Source: Amphiscolops sp. MND2022 | Taxonomy: Eukaryota | Reading direction: 5' to 3' | NCBI GenBank assembly: GCA_964187785.1 | Contig: OZ076409.1 | Location: forward strand, 65,970,001 to 66,034,000 | Length of the DNA: 64,000 bases | Part shown: piece by piece, positions 13,690 through 25,800 of the stretch | How the letters are laid out: each line of letters opens with the position of its first letter | Numbering within the stretch: the stretch's first letter is position 1 | Notes under the pieces: model-generated | The model's input: the letters and a program-made list of their open reading frames with translations, nothing else | What the model was told of the DNA's origin: nothing | Databases searched by the model: none | Position numbers and translations under genes: made by a program

Positions 13690-15446
13690 GATTTGTCCGT
13701 TTGGGCTCGTATCTTCTCTCATATTCGGAAGTATCAAAAGTTTTGGGTGTTCCAATTTCCTCCGGCAGCTCTTCATCATCCTCATCATCGTAGTCGTCGT
13801 CGTTGTCACTTTCTGTTCTCTCTCGGTTTTGGACGACCTTTAGTTTTCCGTTTAATATATCTCGGAGTATTTCGTCCAATCGGCCGTATTTACCATCCAG
13901 GCCCCGCAAGCAGTGTCTGTTTTTTGGGTTTATCTTGTCGTTTGTGTTAATGGTCAGCTCTCTTTTAGCTTTTGTTTCGGTTGAAATAGTGGCCCCGAAA
14001 TAAGTTTTCGGTTGAACATTTAACCAGTTTCCGTTTTTACGGTACTTCCAGTTTCACTCACTGCGGTTCGCATTTCATTTTGGAATTTCTATACTCATGA
14101 TTTTCTGTTATAAATCTTTTCAAGAAAGTAAAGGGATATCTAACCGAATTATACTTCTTCTGTGACTTTGGACCTTCAGCGAAGTGTTTTTCTTCGTTTT
14201 TGCCGTTAAATTGTAATTTGTCCTTCCGCGTAGTAATTTCTCCTTCCGCATCAAAGCCCATAATTTTGAGTCCGTTCGGTGCTAAAACAGGCAGTTCCGA
14301 CCAGTTAGATAAATAAGTTTGCCGTCTTCAACGTTGTTCGTTAATTCTGTTCTAGGTTTTTTGCCGTGGTGGAGGTCAAACGGTGTTATTATTAGTTCCG
14401 TATATATCGTGAAACGCATTACCCGTAGCGCTCGGTTCACGCTTTTGGTTAGGCTTACTCCATTTCCCAGATAGGCTTTTATTAGATTTTTTAGTGTTTG
14501 TATCGATCTTTCTACTACTCTGTTTCCGGTGTGATTTCGGGGTGTGCAAATTTCGTTTTCAATGTTTCGGCTTCTGAAGAATTGTCAGTGCCCTTTAGAA
14601 ATGAATGCTTCCCCTATTCGGATTTTTTTCTCGGGTTATCCGTACAATAAAATTTTTTAGATTAAACGTATATCACAACTTTGGTTTCCGTTGTTTACAA
14701 TTTTTTACGTTCGGCCATTCCGTAAATCTATCTACCGCCATAAGTATTTGTCTTTCGCCGTGTAAATTTTTGTTATGTAATTTTCCGGTAAAATCGAATT
14801 GTATTTCTTGGCCGAGAGCGGAATGTTTTTTAGAGTTTTCCGTAAAGTTTTTCCGTAATGTAACGTTTTCAAGGTTTTTACGTGATGCTAGGCATGCTGT
14901 GCAGTCCTTGATTTTTTCCTCTATATCTTGCTTCATTTCTGGCCACCAGAATATTTTCGGTTCGGATGTCAATTTTGCAATGCAGGAGTGACCGAAAAGG
15001 AATATATCTAACAGTCATCGTCTGAGCTGTATGAGAATGACGATTTGATTGTCGACGAATACAAGACCACATCTGATACAAGACCACATCAACTTGTCAA
15101 AGACTGTTCGGTAGCCATCCGGAATTGTCTCCTTGTCTTCTCGGCGTATGCAGTTTCCTGACTTCTGACTTGGGTTACTATTGGATCGATGGCGGTTTTT
15201 GAAATTAATGTCTTGAGATCCATCATAAGTTCGAACTCGACCTTTTTAATATGATCCTCGGTGATCTTCTTGTTTGCGGTAGGAGTCCCGGAGATGGGTT
15301 CATTTGGATGCATTTTGCTTCTGATCCATCCGTGTTAAACTTGGTGAGGTCTACAACTGGCAGTTAGTCGCCTGGCATAGTCACACTGTCGTCATCAGTC
15401 TCAGCTGCCTCCTGTACAACTTCTCCTTCTTCACATACTTCTTCCC

Positions 15447-15525
15447 GTTCTTCTGCTTGTTCTTCTTCTGCTTCTGCTTCTTCTTCTTCTTCTTCTTCTT
15501 CTTCTTCTTGTTCTTCTTCTTCTGC
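15447..15525. repeat. (TTC)n microsatellite inside element A
   Basis: Run of TTC/TGC units; reads as a Glu-rich tract on the coding (minus) strand in one frame. Confidence 0.9.
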
Positions 15526-15965
15526 TATTATCGTTTGGTAGACGCCCCCAGTCTAATAGCTCTCGCGAATGGTTCCATATTAAACTCGAAAGCTTCTCCT
15601 TGTTTCTCTAGTTTGCCTGTGATGGGGCGAATACCGTACGTTGTGTCTAGTGCTCGTACCGGCGTCGTAGTGTTCCTGGCCGGGATAACGCATTCCGTTG
15701 TTCTACAAGTATTCTTGTTTCGGGCTGTTGTTGTGGCTTCTGATTGTACCTATCATTTCTCGAGCTGATCCCCAATGGTCAAATCGTTCTCGGTCCATTT
15801 TCTGTAAATGGTTTTTTTTCGACAGCTGACTATCTTTCAGAGTGGTTATATCGGACTACCCGGGTGTTGTTTGGTTTTGTTGGATATGTTCATGTGGTTT
15901 TTGTTCTCGAATATTCTACTCAGTTTTGATTCGTCTCTAGCGTACGCAGTTGTCTTTCGGAATCA

Positions 15966-16450
15966 TTTTTGTCGGCGCTTCTCTAGTGAAAAGTGCCCGA
16001 CACTTACAGTGGCTAGTTTTTTTTCGTCAGACTACAATCTCACTCTGATTGGGGCACTTTTCTTACAATCGAAACTACTAAAACTACTAGCATAAGGCCA
16101 AGTCCGGTCAGCGGAAATTAGAGCAAAAGGGTCCCCCTTTCATATTTTACTATTTTACCGTAGCCTACAAAACCGGACGAGACTAAAGGGTCCCCCCTTT
16201 CAATTTTTTTCGGCATTGTGCGACTTTTTTTTTCAAAATTTTTTAATGTATCAAAAGAGTCCCCCTTTCAAGTTTTTTGATATTTTACAACAGAATATAT
16301 GTTGATAAAGCCCAAAGGGTCCCCCTTTTACATTTTCCGGCACTATGCGACATTTTCTGAAAGAAAAAATATTCAAAAACTTTTAAAAAATTTTTTTTGC
16401 GCTTTTTGAGCCTTAGATTTAGCGCCGACTTTAGACGTTCCCGTCTTGTT
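15966..16450 (-). mobile_element. Helentron/DINE-1-like element family 1 inserted in element A
   Basis: TTTTTGTCGGCGC...TGCCCGACACTTACAGTG at left; TTAGCGCCGACTTTAGACGTTCCCGTCTTGTT at right; no TSD, T-rich insertion site. Confidence 0.8.
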
Positions 16451-17818
16451 ATCTCTTTCGGTAATGGCTTTGTCGCGTTTTGATTATTCCGCAAAAATTT
16501 ATCTGTGTTTCAAACTTAGTTCGACTTATTCGGCAAGTATGTTCAATACGTATTCTTCATCGTAATTTGCTTACAGCATGGCTTCCACTGCCGAATTCTT
16601 GCTGAGATAGTTGGTAAATTTCAGATTGTTGCTTGCAAACAGTTGTTTTGATATGTCAAAGTGAGTCAAACGGTCCAACCATCCTATTATTCTCGCACTA
16701 TTTTGTTTCTTGCTTCAGTTTCTTTTAATCAATGGTTCTAGTGCTTGATGATCTGTATTCAGATGGACTTCCGTTGAGAAAAAATAAGAATGTTTCTTAT
16801 TCCCATACCACCGCCAATAGTTTTATTTCACCGAATGAATATTTCATTTCGGTTTCATTCAAATATCTGCGTCCGTGTGCTATCGGTTTTGTGTTTCCGC
16901 CATCTTGCTTTGGTCATAGTGTAAATTCCCATTCAATTGTGCTTTCTTGGGTCGTCAATATATTATCCTTGTCTTTTGCGTACTGTGCTAAGTATGAACC
17001 TTCAGTCAACTTTTGTTTTATCTTCAAGGATTCTTCCCTTGTTCGGTTCCCCTATTCCACGTTTCATTCTTCGGTAAAAATTTTTGGAGTGGATCCGTTC
17101 TTTCCGAAAGCTTCGGTAGAAGTTTCGTCGTGTTTTTTAGTGCTCAAGAAACTATTTGAATTCTTTTGTGTTTCCCGGTGATTTCAATAGGTTCTAGTTT
17201 TTCTTCGTTCGGTTTTACTCCGTCTTCATCAATTTCGTGAACCAAATCACTTTATTTGTTTCTTAGAGAATTATGATTTCCTCTTGTTGGCCCGGTATCC
17301 GGCTTTTTCTAGTTTATTTAAAACATTGGATAATGTCCTCTAATTTTCTTGTTTATCTCCGCGTGTTACTACGATTATAACGTCTAGTCAAGCAGCGGTA
17401 CAATATCCGAGTGTTCGGTTAGTTTTTGCGGAATAATGACGGTATATCAACAAGTCCAGTGTGTCGGCACGTCGGTAGTGTCGGCAAGTTCTTTTCGAGT
17501 CTGATTTTGCCACAAAATTTTCCTGTGCAAACACTCATTGTTTACTAGTTTCTTCTGCTAATTTCTTCTAGCACATCCAGAAACCAAATCAATTTTTGAG
17601 AAAAAATAGTTCCATTCTACTGTTCGGTCTCGAGTTCTTTCCACCGAAATCTTGTTGAACAATGTTTCCATGATCAGAATATCTGGTCCCATGTCAATGC
17701 AGCTGTCGTTTTTTTTCTGAAACGAAATGCTATTTCACTGATTTGTCACTTCTTACGTTAATAACTACCGGTGACACGAAACAATCTTCATCGACATCAT
17801 CTCATTTCTCCAGGTGCC

Positions 17819-19949
17819 CGGATTCGATCAAATTCTCTAGTGCTCTTCCTACATATTCTTGTTTTAGCGGAAAATGCCTGTTTCAATAATTTATTTATAT
17901 CGGTATCTTTTATCTTCTTGTTGTTTTCGAATAAATCCGGAAATTTGTTTATGATCTTCTCCTTCTCTGATTGGTTGTTCTCTGCTAATGGTATTCTTCC
18001 TATTGGTAATTCGAATGTTTTTATCCAATCCATACCGTGCAGTTATGTCTGTTCTTTCGGTGATTGGTCCTTCCAATTTTTGTTTCTTGTTTTCGGATTC
18101 CATATGTACAGGTCTTTTCCCCGGATGTTTCTTTCGTTCTTGTTCACGTCTGTTGACTTTTTACTATCTTCTGTATTCCGGTAGAGATATGTATTTTTTC
18201 GTCTGGTGGCCGTTTTCTTATTGGTGATCGTGTGTCATTCATGAATTCTTTCTTTACCCCGTTTGCTTCCACTGTTGCGTTTGTTCTTTTCTTCGAATAC
18301 TTCAATTCCTCCGATATTGTGGATACTTTCATCTGATTAATTTTTTGACTCATCCGGTTGCTGTATTTCTTCTTAGGTCAGTCTTTTCACTGTCCGGTTG
18401 TTATAGGTTTTTTGTCTACGCTCTACACGCGAAGTTACATTTCTTTCCGCAATTGTTACAGTTTTTTTTAGAGCTGGGCATTCGTGTAGTGGTGACCAAT
18501 TTGAGTCAGTGCAAAACCTGCATTGTCGGATTCTGAATATTCTTTTCCGGCTTTGTTACGAACTTTTTCATTCTCTGTATCGGTTCTTCCCTTATTATCT
18601 GTTTATCTTTGTTGAGATAAATACTTCCGGTATTGTATTATTTTTGTTCTTTTTGTCGTAAGTGTTTTGTTTGATTAGTTCGATTGTCTTCTTCATTTCC
18701 AGGGTTTTCTCTTTCATCATTTTGTCCCGTAATTTTTTGTCGGTTGTTGCGGTGTTTATTTGTAGGTTGTGTATTTCGAAATCAATAAACCCTCGACTGA
18801 GATGGTATTGATGTAATTCTTCTTCGATTTCGATTAGTCATCTCCAAAATTCTTTGGGTGTTTCGTTCTCCGGATTCAATTAAATTCTCTAGTGCTCTTC
18901 CTACATATTCTTGTAAGTGTAGTGATACTGGTCGAGCTCTTTGTTTTAGCGGAAAATGCCTGTTTCAATAATTTATTTATATCGGAATCTTTTATCTTCT
19001 TGTTGTTTTCGAATAAATCCGGAAATTTGTTTATGATCTTCTCCTTCTCTGATTGGTTGTTCTCTGCTGATGGTATTCTTCCTATTGGTAATTCGAATGC
19101 TTTTATCCAATCCATACCGAGCAGTTATGTCTGTTCTTTCGGTGATTAGTCCTTCCAATTTTTGTTTCTTGTTTTCGGATTCCATATGTACCGGTCTTTT
19201 CCCCGGATGTTTTTTTCGTTCTTGTTCACGTCTGTTGTCTTTTTACTATCCTCTGTATTCCGGTAGAGATATGTATTGTTTCGTCTGGTGGCCGTTTTGT
19301 TATTGGTGATCGTGTGTCATTCAGGAATTCTTTCTTTACCCCGTTTGCTTCCACTGTTGCGTTTGTTCTTTTCTTCGAATACTTCAATTTCTCCGATATT
19401 GTGGATACTTTCATCTGATTATTTTTTGACTCATCCGGTTGCTGTATTTTTTCTTAGGTCAGTCTTTTCACTGTCCGGTTGTTATAAGTTTTTTGTCTAC
19501 GCTCTACACGCGAAGTTACATTTCGTTCCGCAATTGTTACAGTTTTTGTTTAGAGCTGGGCTTCGTGTAGTGGTGACCAATTTGAGTCAGTGCAAAATCT
19601 GCATTGTCGGATTCTGAATATTCTTTTCCGGCTTTGTTCCGAACTTTTTCATTCTCTGTATCGGTTCTTCTCTTATTATCTGTTTATCTTTGTTGAGATA
19701 AATGCTTCCGGTATTGTATTATTTTTGTTCTTTTTGTCGTAAGTGTTTTGTTTGATTAGTTCGATTGTCTTCTTCATTTCCCGGGTTTTCTCTTTCATCT
19801 TTTTGTCCCGTAATTTTTTGTCGGTTGTTGCGGTATTTATTTGTAGGTTGTGTATTTCGATATCAATAAACCCTCGACTGAGATAGTATTGATGTTACAT
19901 TCTTCTTCGATTTCGATTAGTCATCTCCAAAATTCTTTGGGTGTTTCGT
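17819..19949. repeat. ~1.05-1.08 kb tandem duplication of the gag-protease region of element A
   Basis: 17819-18866 and 18870-19949 give near-identical ORF translations (MDWIK[T/A]FELPIGRIP...). The first copy has a ~30-bp deletion. Confidence 0.93.
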
Positions 19950-21770
19950 CTTCTGATTGTTGTGCCCAAACGAAATCTCCTTGGTTGTGGTAGGTACTGC
20001 GTTTCGGTAATTAGTTTTTGTTGTATAACCGGATTAAATCTTGAATGTTTGTATTCGCCTGTACTGTTTTGCCTTCGGCTCGGGTTATCTGGAAGAGTGC
20101 TTTCGGTTCTACTCCATAGATAAAATTGCTTGTTCTTTTTCGGTCCATCCGGAATCGGCAATGTCTTTCTCTTCTCTTCTTCTCTTTTTAATAAGGGTGT
20201 GATATCAATTCTTCGTTCCGGTTTTGTAAATTGTTTGAATCTTTCCGGCGATGTCTCGGTGTGAATTCCGGATTTCCGTCTGTGAATTTGGCTGCGATGT
20301 TCGGTGCTGTGTTTCTGCCATTGTTCAAGTAGTTCAGGTCTTTAAGAAGGTTGCATTTTGTTTTAAAATTTTGTAAATGCCTCATGTTCTATTCTAGTAC
20401 ACTAAAAACCAAGGGGGAAAATGGGTTTAAAATGATATCTCTAGTTTGTACTCCTGTAGTATGGATACTGTAATGTATATAATTCAGTTTCTAATCAAAT
20501 ATGTAAATTGAGTTAGTTCGTCAATAACATCAGGTTTCTAGACAGTTTGTGAACAGAGACTCGGTAGAGGTCAGAAACCGGAATGAACCCAATATGACAA
20601 CTACGGAGGGTACCTTCCAGGCCTAATTATTGCTGTTTACTGCAAAGCTCAAATTGTCAAACAAATAGTTTGGCACAGTGGCAAAAATCAAAGGAGTGGC
20701 CCCTCTGGCTCAAAAAACGCATTGAATTTTTTTTCAAAAAAAACGAAGAGGCAACCTCTAGCGAAACAAACATTTTTTTTCCTGAAAAACCGCATAGTAC
20801 ACGAGAATGAGGCTTCGGGCCCTTTAGTCTCTACTGTATTGTGGGAAATTTTCACTAATAAAAATAATCCAGATAATTAAAAACTTCATAAAAAAGAATA
20901 TATTCATTCTTGCTGGTTTTCTAAAAGTATATACTTCTTCCAAGCTAGCTTCAGGTCACTATCTTATTCACATGCTTTAACAAAAAAGTCTGTGTAAGGG
21001 TCATTGGTTATACAAATTTTGGTTAACTGTTAGAGTTCGTATGATAAGGTCTGGCTATGAATGTTTACCTCTTTACCTCTGTTTCATTCATTTCTTCTCA
21101 GAAAAAAAAACGAAAAAGCTTCAAAGATAAATCCTTACACGACCCTTAGATGCACTTCAGATCTTAAACTAATTGTTTTTGGAATGTCCAAATTGTAGAT
21201 GTTATGACCGCATAGTAAAGCATTTTAAACGTTTTATCTGGAAACTATACTTGTATAGCTCAATTCGAAGGCAAAAAGAAATTGGCCATGAGTGGGTTTC
21301 ATTCAAAAATAGCCATTTTAATGACAGCTGGAGAAACAAAACCTGCCATTTTAAAATTCTTGCTTTTTCAAAACAAACCGACTAACTAAAATTACATGTA
21401 CCGAAGAATGATTTTCGTCCCATGTGGAAAAATAAGCTGAAAGAGCTTTCATCGAGCAAGTTTCAAAGATTACAGAAAAAAAACAAAATAATTTTACCAT
21501 GGCGCTTGTTCTAACTTCTTCCATATCCCACACGCGTAAGAATGCGTGAAATATTAGTAGCTCATGGTTTTAGTTCTGACGTCAACAAAATATTGATTTT
21601 TTCAGGAAATCAAAAAATGTTATTCAAGAATCATACATTAGGTGAAAATTTAGTTTGTATAACGTGTGGGACAGGGGAAAAGAAAAAGAACCGAGTAAAG
21701 AAGCGTCCATTGACATTTTACATACCGCTGAGTTCTGAATTAACGTCATTCCATTGCTTAAAATAGCAAC

Positions 21771-21959
21771 ATACAAATCCTAATATCTTTTTGTATTGTT
21801 TTCAGTTTTTCATTGTTGTACTCAGTTTGTAAACCAAGTAGAACAATGAAAAACTGAAATCAATACAAAAATGCAATATGGTTTGTATAAATTTCCATCA
21901 ACTATCTCAGTATACTGAAATAAATAGTTGACAGGAATTTATACAAACCATATTGCATT
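21771..21959. repeat. Two overlapping inverted repeats (hairpins)
   Basis: TTTTTGTATTGTTTTCAGTTTTTCATTGTT pairs with AACAATGAAAAACTGAAATCAATACAAAAA; AATGCAATATGGTTTGTATAAATT pairs with AATTTATACAAACCATATTGCATT. Confidence 0.85.
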
Positions 21960-22796
21960 AGTTCAAAAACGCAATTTTTTAAAGAATTCTAACCGAGTAT
22001 TTTGAACTCTCAAGAACTTGATATCATACTTTTTGGAAACGTTTGCCGAAGTTTACATTCCGAGACTCTTAGAGACATTTACTTAAAGAGACCTGAATCC
22101 TTTGCAATGTCCTATTTTTCAATTGGTTCCGTAATGGGCAAACGTATACATCATTCTAAGTCCATGAGCTCTGCATGGAATATCTTGGTTACACAATAAG
22201 ACCTGCATTTAAAAAGGGATGATTTTCATATGAAATCGAAAAAAGTTAGACTATAAATACAATGCAGCATCCTGGAGATATTTAAGAGCAAACAATTGGC
22301 AGGAATGTTTTTGCATAAATTTCATTTTCTCGAAAGTTCAAAAACAATTGCCATCTCCGTTAAATATTTTCAAAATTCTTTTGTAATTTTGGTAGCAAAA
22401 GTTTTAAACAAACATTTCTTGAAACTACAAAAAATTCCAAGAAGCTTTCCTTCCTGACTTTGTGTTTGTGACAGTTTGGATTTCGGATTCAAACTTTGCT
22501 TCTTAAAGCTATGGGTTCGCATTTTTGTAAAATTCTACCGGGCACCAAAACCTTCACTCAATGCAAAAGTGAACTGAGAAGTGAGAATTTCATGGTAACT
22601 GTGGAGAGGGACGTAGTTGAAGGTCAAACAGTATTGTAATGTTACATAATCTCATGACCTTTTTATAGCATATTACGTAACATACCTGCCATACATTTGA
22701 AGCCAATTGTAGTAGTAAATACAGACACTATTAACGTATAACTTACTACAATACAGTATTGCATTCCCTATTCTTTTGTTACCGAAAAATACAACA

Positions 22797-22806
22797 TGGC
22801 GCAGTC
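22797..22806 (+). promoter_or_regulatory. Primer binding site, probably tRNA-Ser
   Basis: TGGCGCAGTC directly after the 5' LTR; the same motif is at 44767-44776 (minus) in element E. It is complementary to tRNA 3' ends of the type ...GACTGCGCCA, as in tRNA-Ser-primed 17.6/297-type elements. Confidence 0.7.
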
Positions 22807-22809
22807 AGA

Positions 22810-25800
22810 ATGAGCCAAAAGAACGAAAACAACTTAACGGAGTCCACCAGCAGAAATTCCTCAAGAGAGGAATCAGGAGAAGAGAAGGGACGAACAACAA
22901 CACACCGAAAAATAACGCTACCAATCTTCGAGAAGAAGACCATACAAGAAGCAAAACTATGGTCTAGACGATTCGTCCAGTATGTCAAAATGTTAAAATG
23001 ACCCAGAAATAGACGTAAACACGATGACAACAGACAAGGAAAATATAGAGGAATACAGAGATGAATTGGAAATTTTCATTTGGGCATTAGGAGAAGAAGC
23101 CGTCACCGAGATGACAAAAACGGTGAGAGAAAACAATCCCAATAAAATGAACATCAACCAACTATACTGCTTATTTCGTCTTCACTTCATACCGGAGAGA
23201 AACAAATTCCACAGCCAAGCAGACTTTTTTGGAATAATAAGAGAACCGCATGAAACAGCAGAAGATGTATGGACACGCACATTACAAACGGAGAAAAACT
23301 GTGAATTCGACAACGTTACTCCAGCTGAACTAATCGCATCGAAGTTCTTATCCTTGATCGTGAGATCAACGGGGGACTGAACTCAAGAAGAAGATACGGA
23401 AAAGCAACATGACCATTGAAATGATAACTGATCTAATACATGAATATATGGATGATCGGTTAAATGACTCCAACAATTCAAACGACGGAAAAAACAAAAA
23501 GCACTTACAAGAAAGGCCACGAAAAAGAAAATGGTCAGAGAAGTCCAGCTATGATAAAAACAAAAAGCGACCTGAATACCAGAAATCAAGACACGAAGAT
23601 AACCGGTGCTGACGCGGACAGTGCGGAACACCCAACTGGTCCAGACAACATATATGCCCATCTAGATCGGTAGAATGCCAAAATTGTAAAAGGAAGGGAC
23701 ATAATGAAAATATGTGTAGGCTCCCTAAAAGAATACAATACCTGGACAAAGTATCATCATCAGCAGAAGAAGATAACTGGGATTTCAACCAGATACAAAG
23801 CGTAAACTATAACAAAAAAAGAAAGGAGATTACTTTCACACAACGCTACTGGTGAACAAGGCACCAATAAATTTCATAATAGACAGTAGACCGGTAACAC
23901 TAATGATGAAACGTCTATTCAACAGAATCACCGATTTAGAAAAGGTAAAAACCAATTACAAAGACGTGAATGACAACAAGATCGATTTTCTTGGCCAAAC
24001 AACAGCAACGATAAAAACAAACAATACAACACTCCAATTACCGCTGCTAATCACAGAGGCATATATTACATGGTTAATGGGACTAGACTGGATGAAACTG
24101 CTCGGAATAGCACTCAACCCAGCGATTGATGATATCAAAATACACAATAACAGAATGGATGATACCAAAAAAAAGTTCTCAAATTGAAGAACGAGTTCAA
24201 AGGCTGGGCTCACAAAACAATTTCCGTGGCTCTTTCCAAATAACTGTTTTTTATTAGTTTCCCTATTTCTTCTGCTACTTGATCTTGTAAGTGGATTGGT
24301 ATGAGTCTTACTTTTTGTTGTATTATTTTGGCGTCTTCTTTCAAGTTGATTTTCACCGAGAGGTTTTTGTTTTCGTGTTAATGTAAAATAAATAAATGGG
24401 CTCACAAAACAATCTTCGGTTATTTCCGTGGCTTTTTTCAATAACTGTTTTTATTAGTCTCCTTATTTCTTCTGCTACTTGATCTTGTAAGTGGATTGGT
24501 TTGAGTCTTACTTTTGTTGTTCTATTTTTGCGTCTTCTTTCAAGTTGATTTTCACCGAGAGGTTTTTGTTTTCGTGTTAATGTAGAATAAATAAATGGGC
24601 TCACAAAACAATCTTCGGTTATTTCCGTGGCTCTTTTCAAATAACTGTTTTTATTAGTCTCCCTATTTCTTCTGCTACTTGATCTTGTAAGTGGCGTGGT
24701 ATGGGTCTTAGTTTTTGTTGTATTAATTTTGCGTCTTCTTTCAAGTTGATTTTCACCGACAGGTTTTTCATTTCCGTGTTATTGTAGAAAAAATTTATTG
24801 TACATTAACACGAAAATAAAAAACCTCTCGGTGAAAATCCACGTGAATGAAGACGCAAAATTAATTCAACAAAAAGTAAGACCCGAACCAATCCACTTAC
24901 AAGATCGAGCAGCAGAAGAAATAGGGAGACTAATAAAAAACAGTTATTTGGAAAGAGCCACGAAAATAACCGAAGTTTGTTTTGTGAGCCCAGCAGTGAT
25001 CACGGTGAAGAAGGACAAGTCAGTGAAGAAGATCGCACTAGACTCAAGAAAATTAAATGAAGCAACAATCAAGAGAAAAGCACAGATGCCAAACATGGAA
25101 GGAATAATATCAAGAATATCACGCAAAATATCTGAAGAAAAAGAAAGCGATTAATGGATAACAAACCTAGACTTCGAATATGCATATAGTGTTAAATTGG
25201 GGGAAGACACGAAGAACCTATGCATACTCACTGTTACGGACGGAGAATTTACTGAATACTACCGTTTCTCAAAAGGCTTTTATGGATTGGCGGATATCCC
25301 AACAATTTTCTTCGAATGGATAGACAAAACATTGAAATTCAAACACCCCGCATCACTAGACGACATCATAATTGTAACTAAAGGAACGGTAGAAAAACAC
25401 GAAACGGAAGTAAAAGAAACAATGAAAAAATTAGAAGCTGGATATAGACTACACCCGAAGAGATGCAAGTTTTTCAAAAACGAAGCAGAATGAGTCGGAC
25501 CACGAATAAATCAAAACGGATTCAGACACCTACAAAACGAAATTAGAAGCAATAACAAAAGTAAACATACCAGAAAAATGAGAAAGAGCAACAATCTTTG
25601 CTGGGAGCAGTACAATACTTATCAAAGTATATCGAAAACGTATCAGCATAGACAGATATACTCAAAGAACTACTCAAAAAGCAAAACAACTGCGTCTGGA
25701 CAAAAAACACACAAGAGCCTTCAACAACTTGAAAAAGCTGATAACACAATTACCATGCCTAGCACACTACAATTCGAACAACGGAAATATCCTAACAACT

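Larger units (their letters stand above)
13055..20599 (-). mobile_element. Ty3/Gypsy LTR retrotransposon A, heavily decayed
   Basis: LTRs at 13055-13277 and 20385-20599 (TG...CA), polypurine tract next to 13277. Integrase relic (FWWPEMKQDIEEKIKDCTAC, EIQFDFTG, AVDRFTEWP) plus RT, RNase H and protease relics on the minus strand. Confidence 0.9.

Noticed and set aside
15457..15768. Poly-Phe ORF
   Set aside because: Antisense reading of a (GAA)n tract in element A.
21527..21670. Possible tiny MITE CCCACACG...CGTGTGGG
   Set aside because: Only an 8-9-bp inverted match and no matching TSD.
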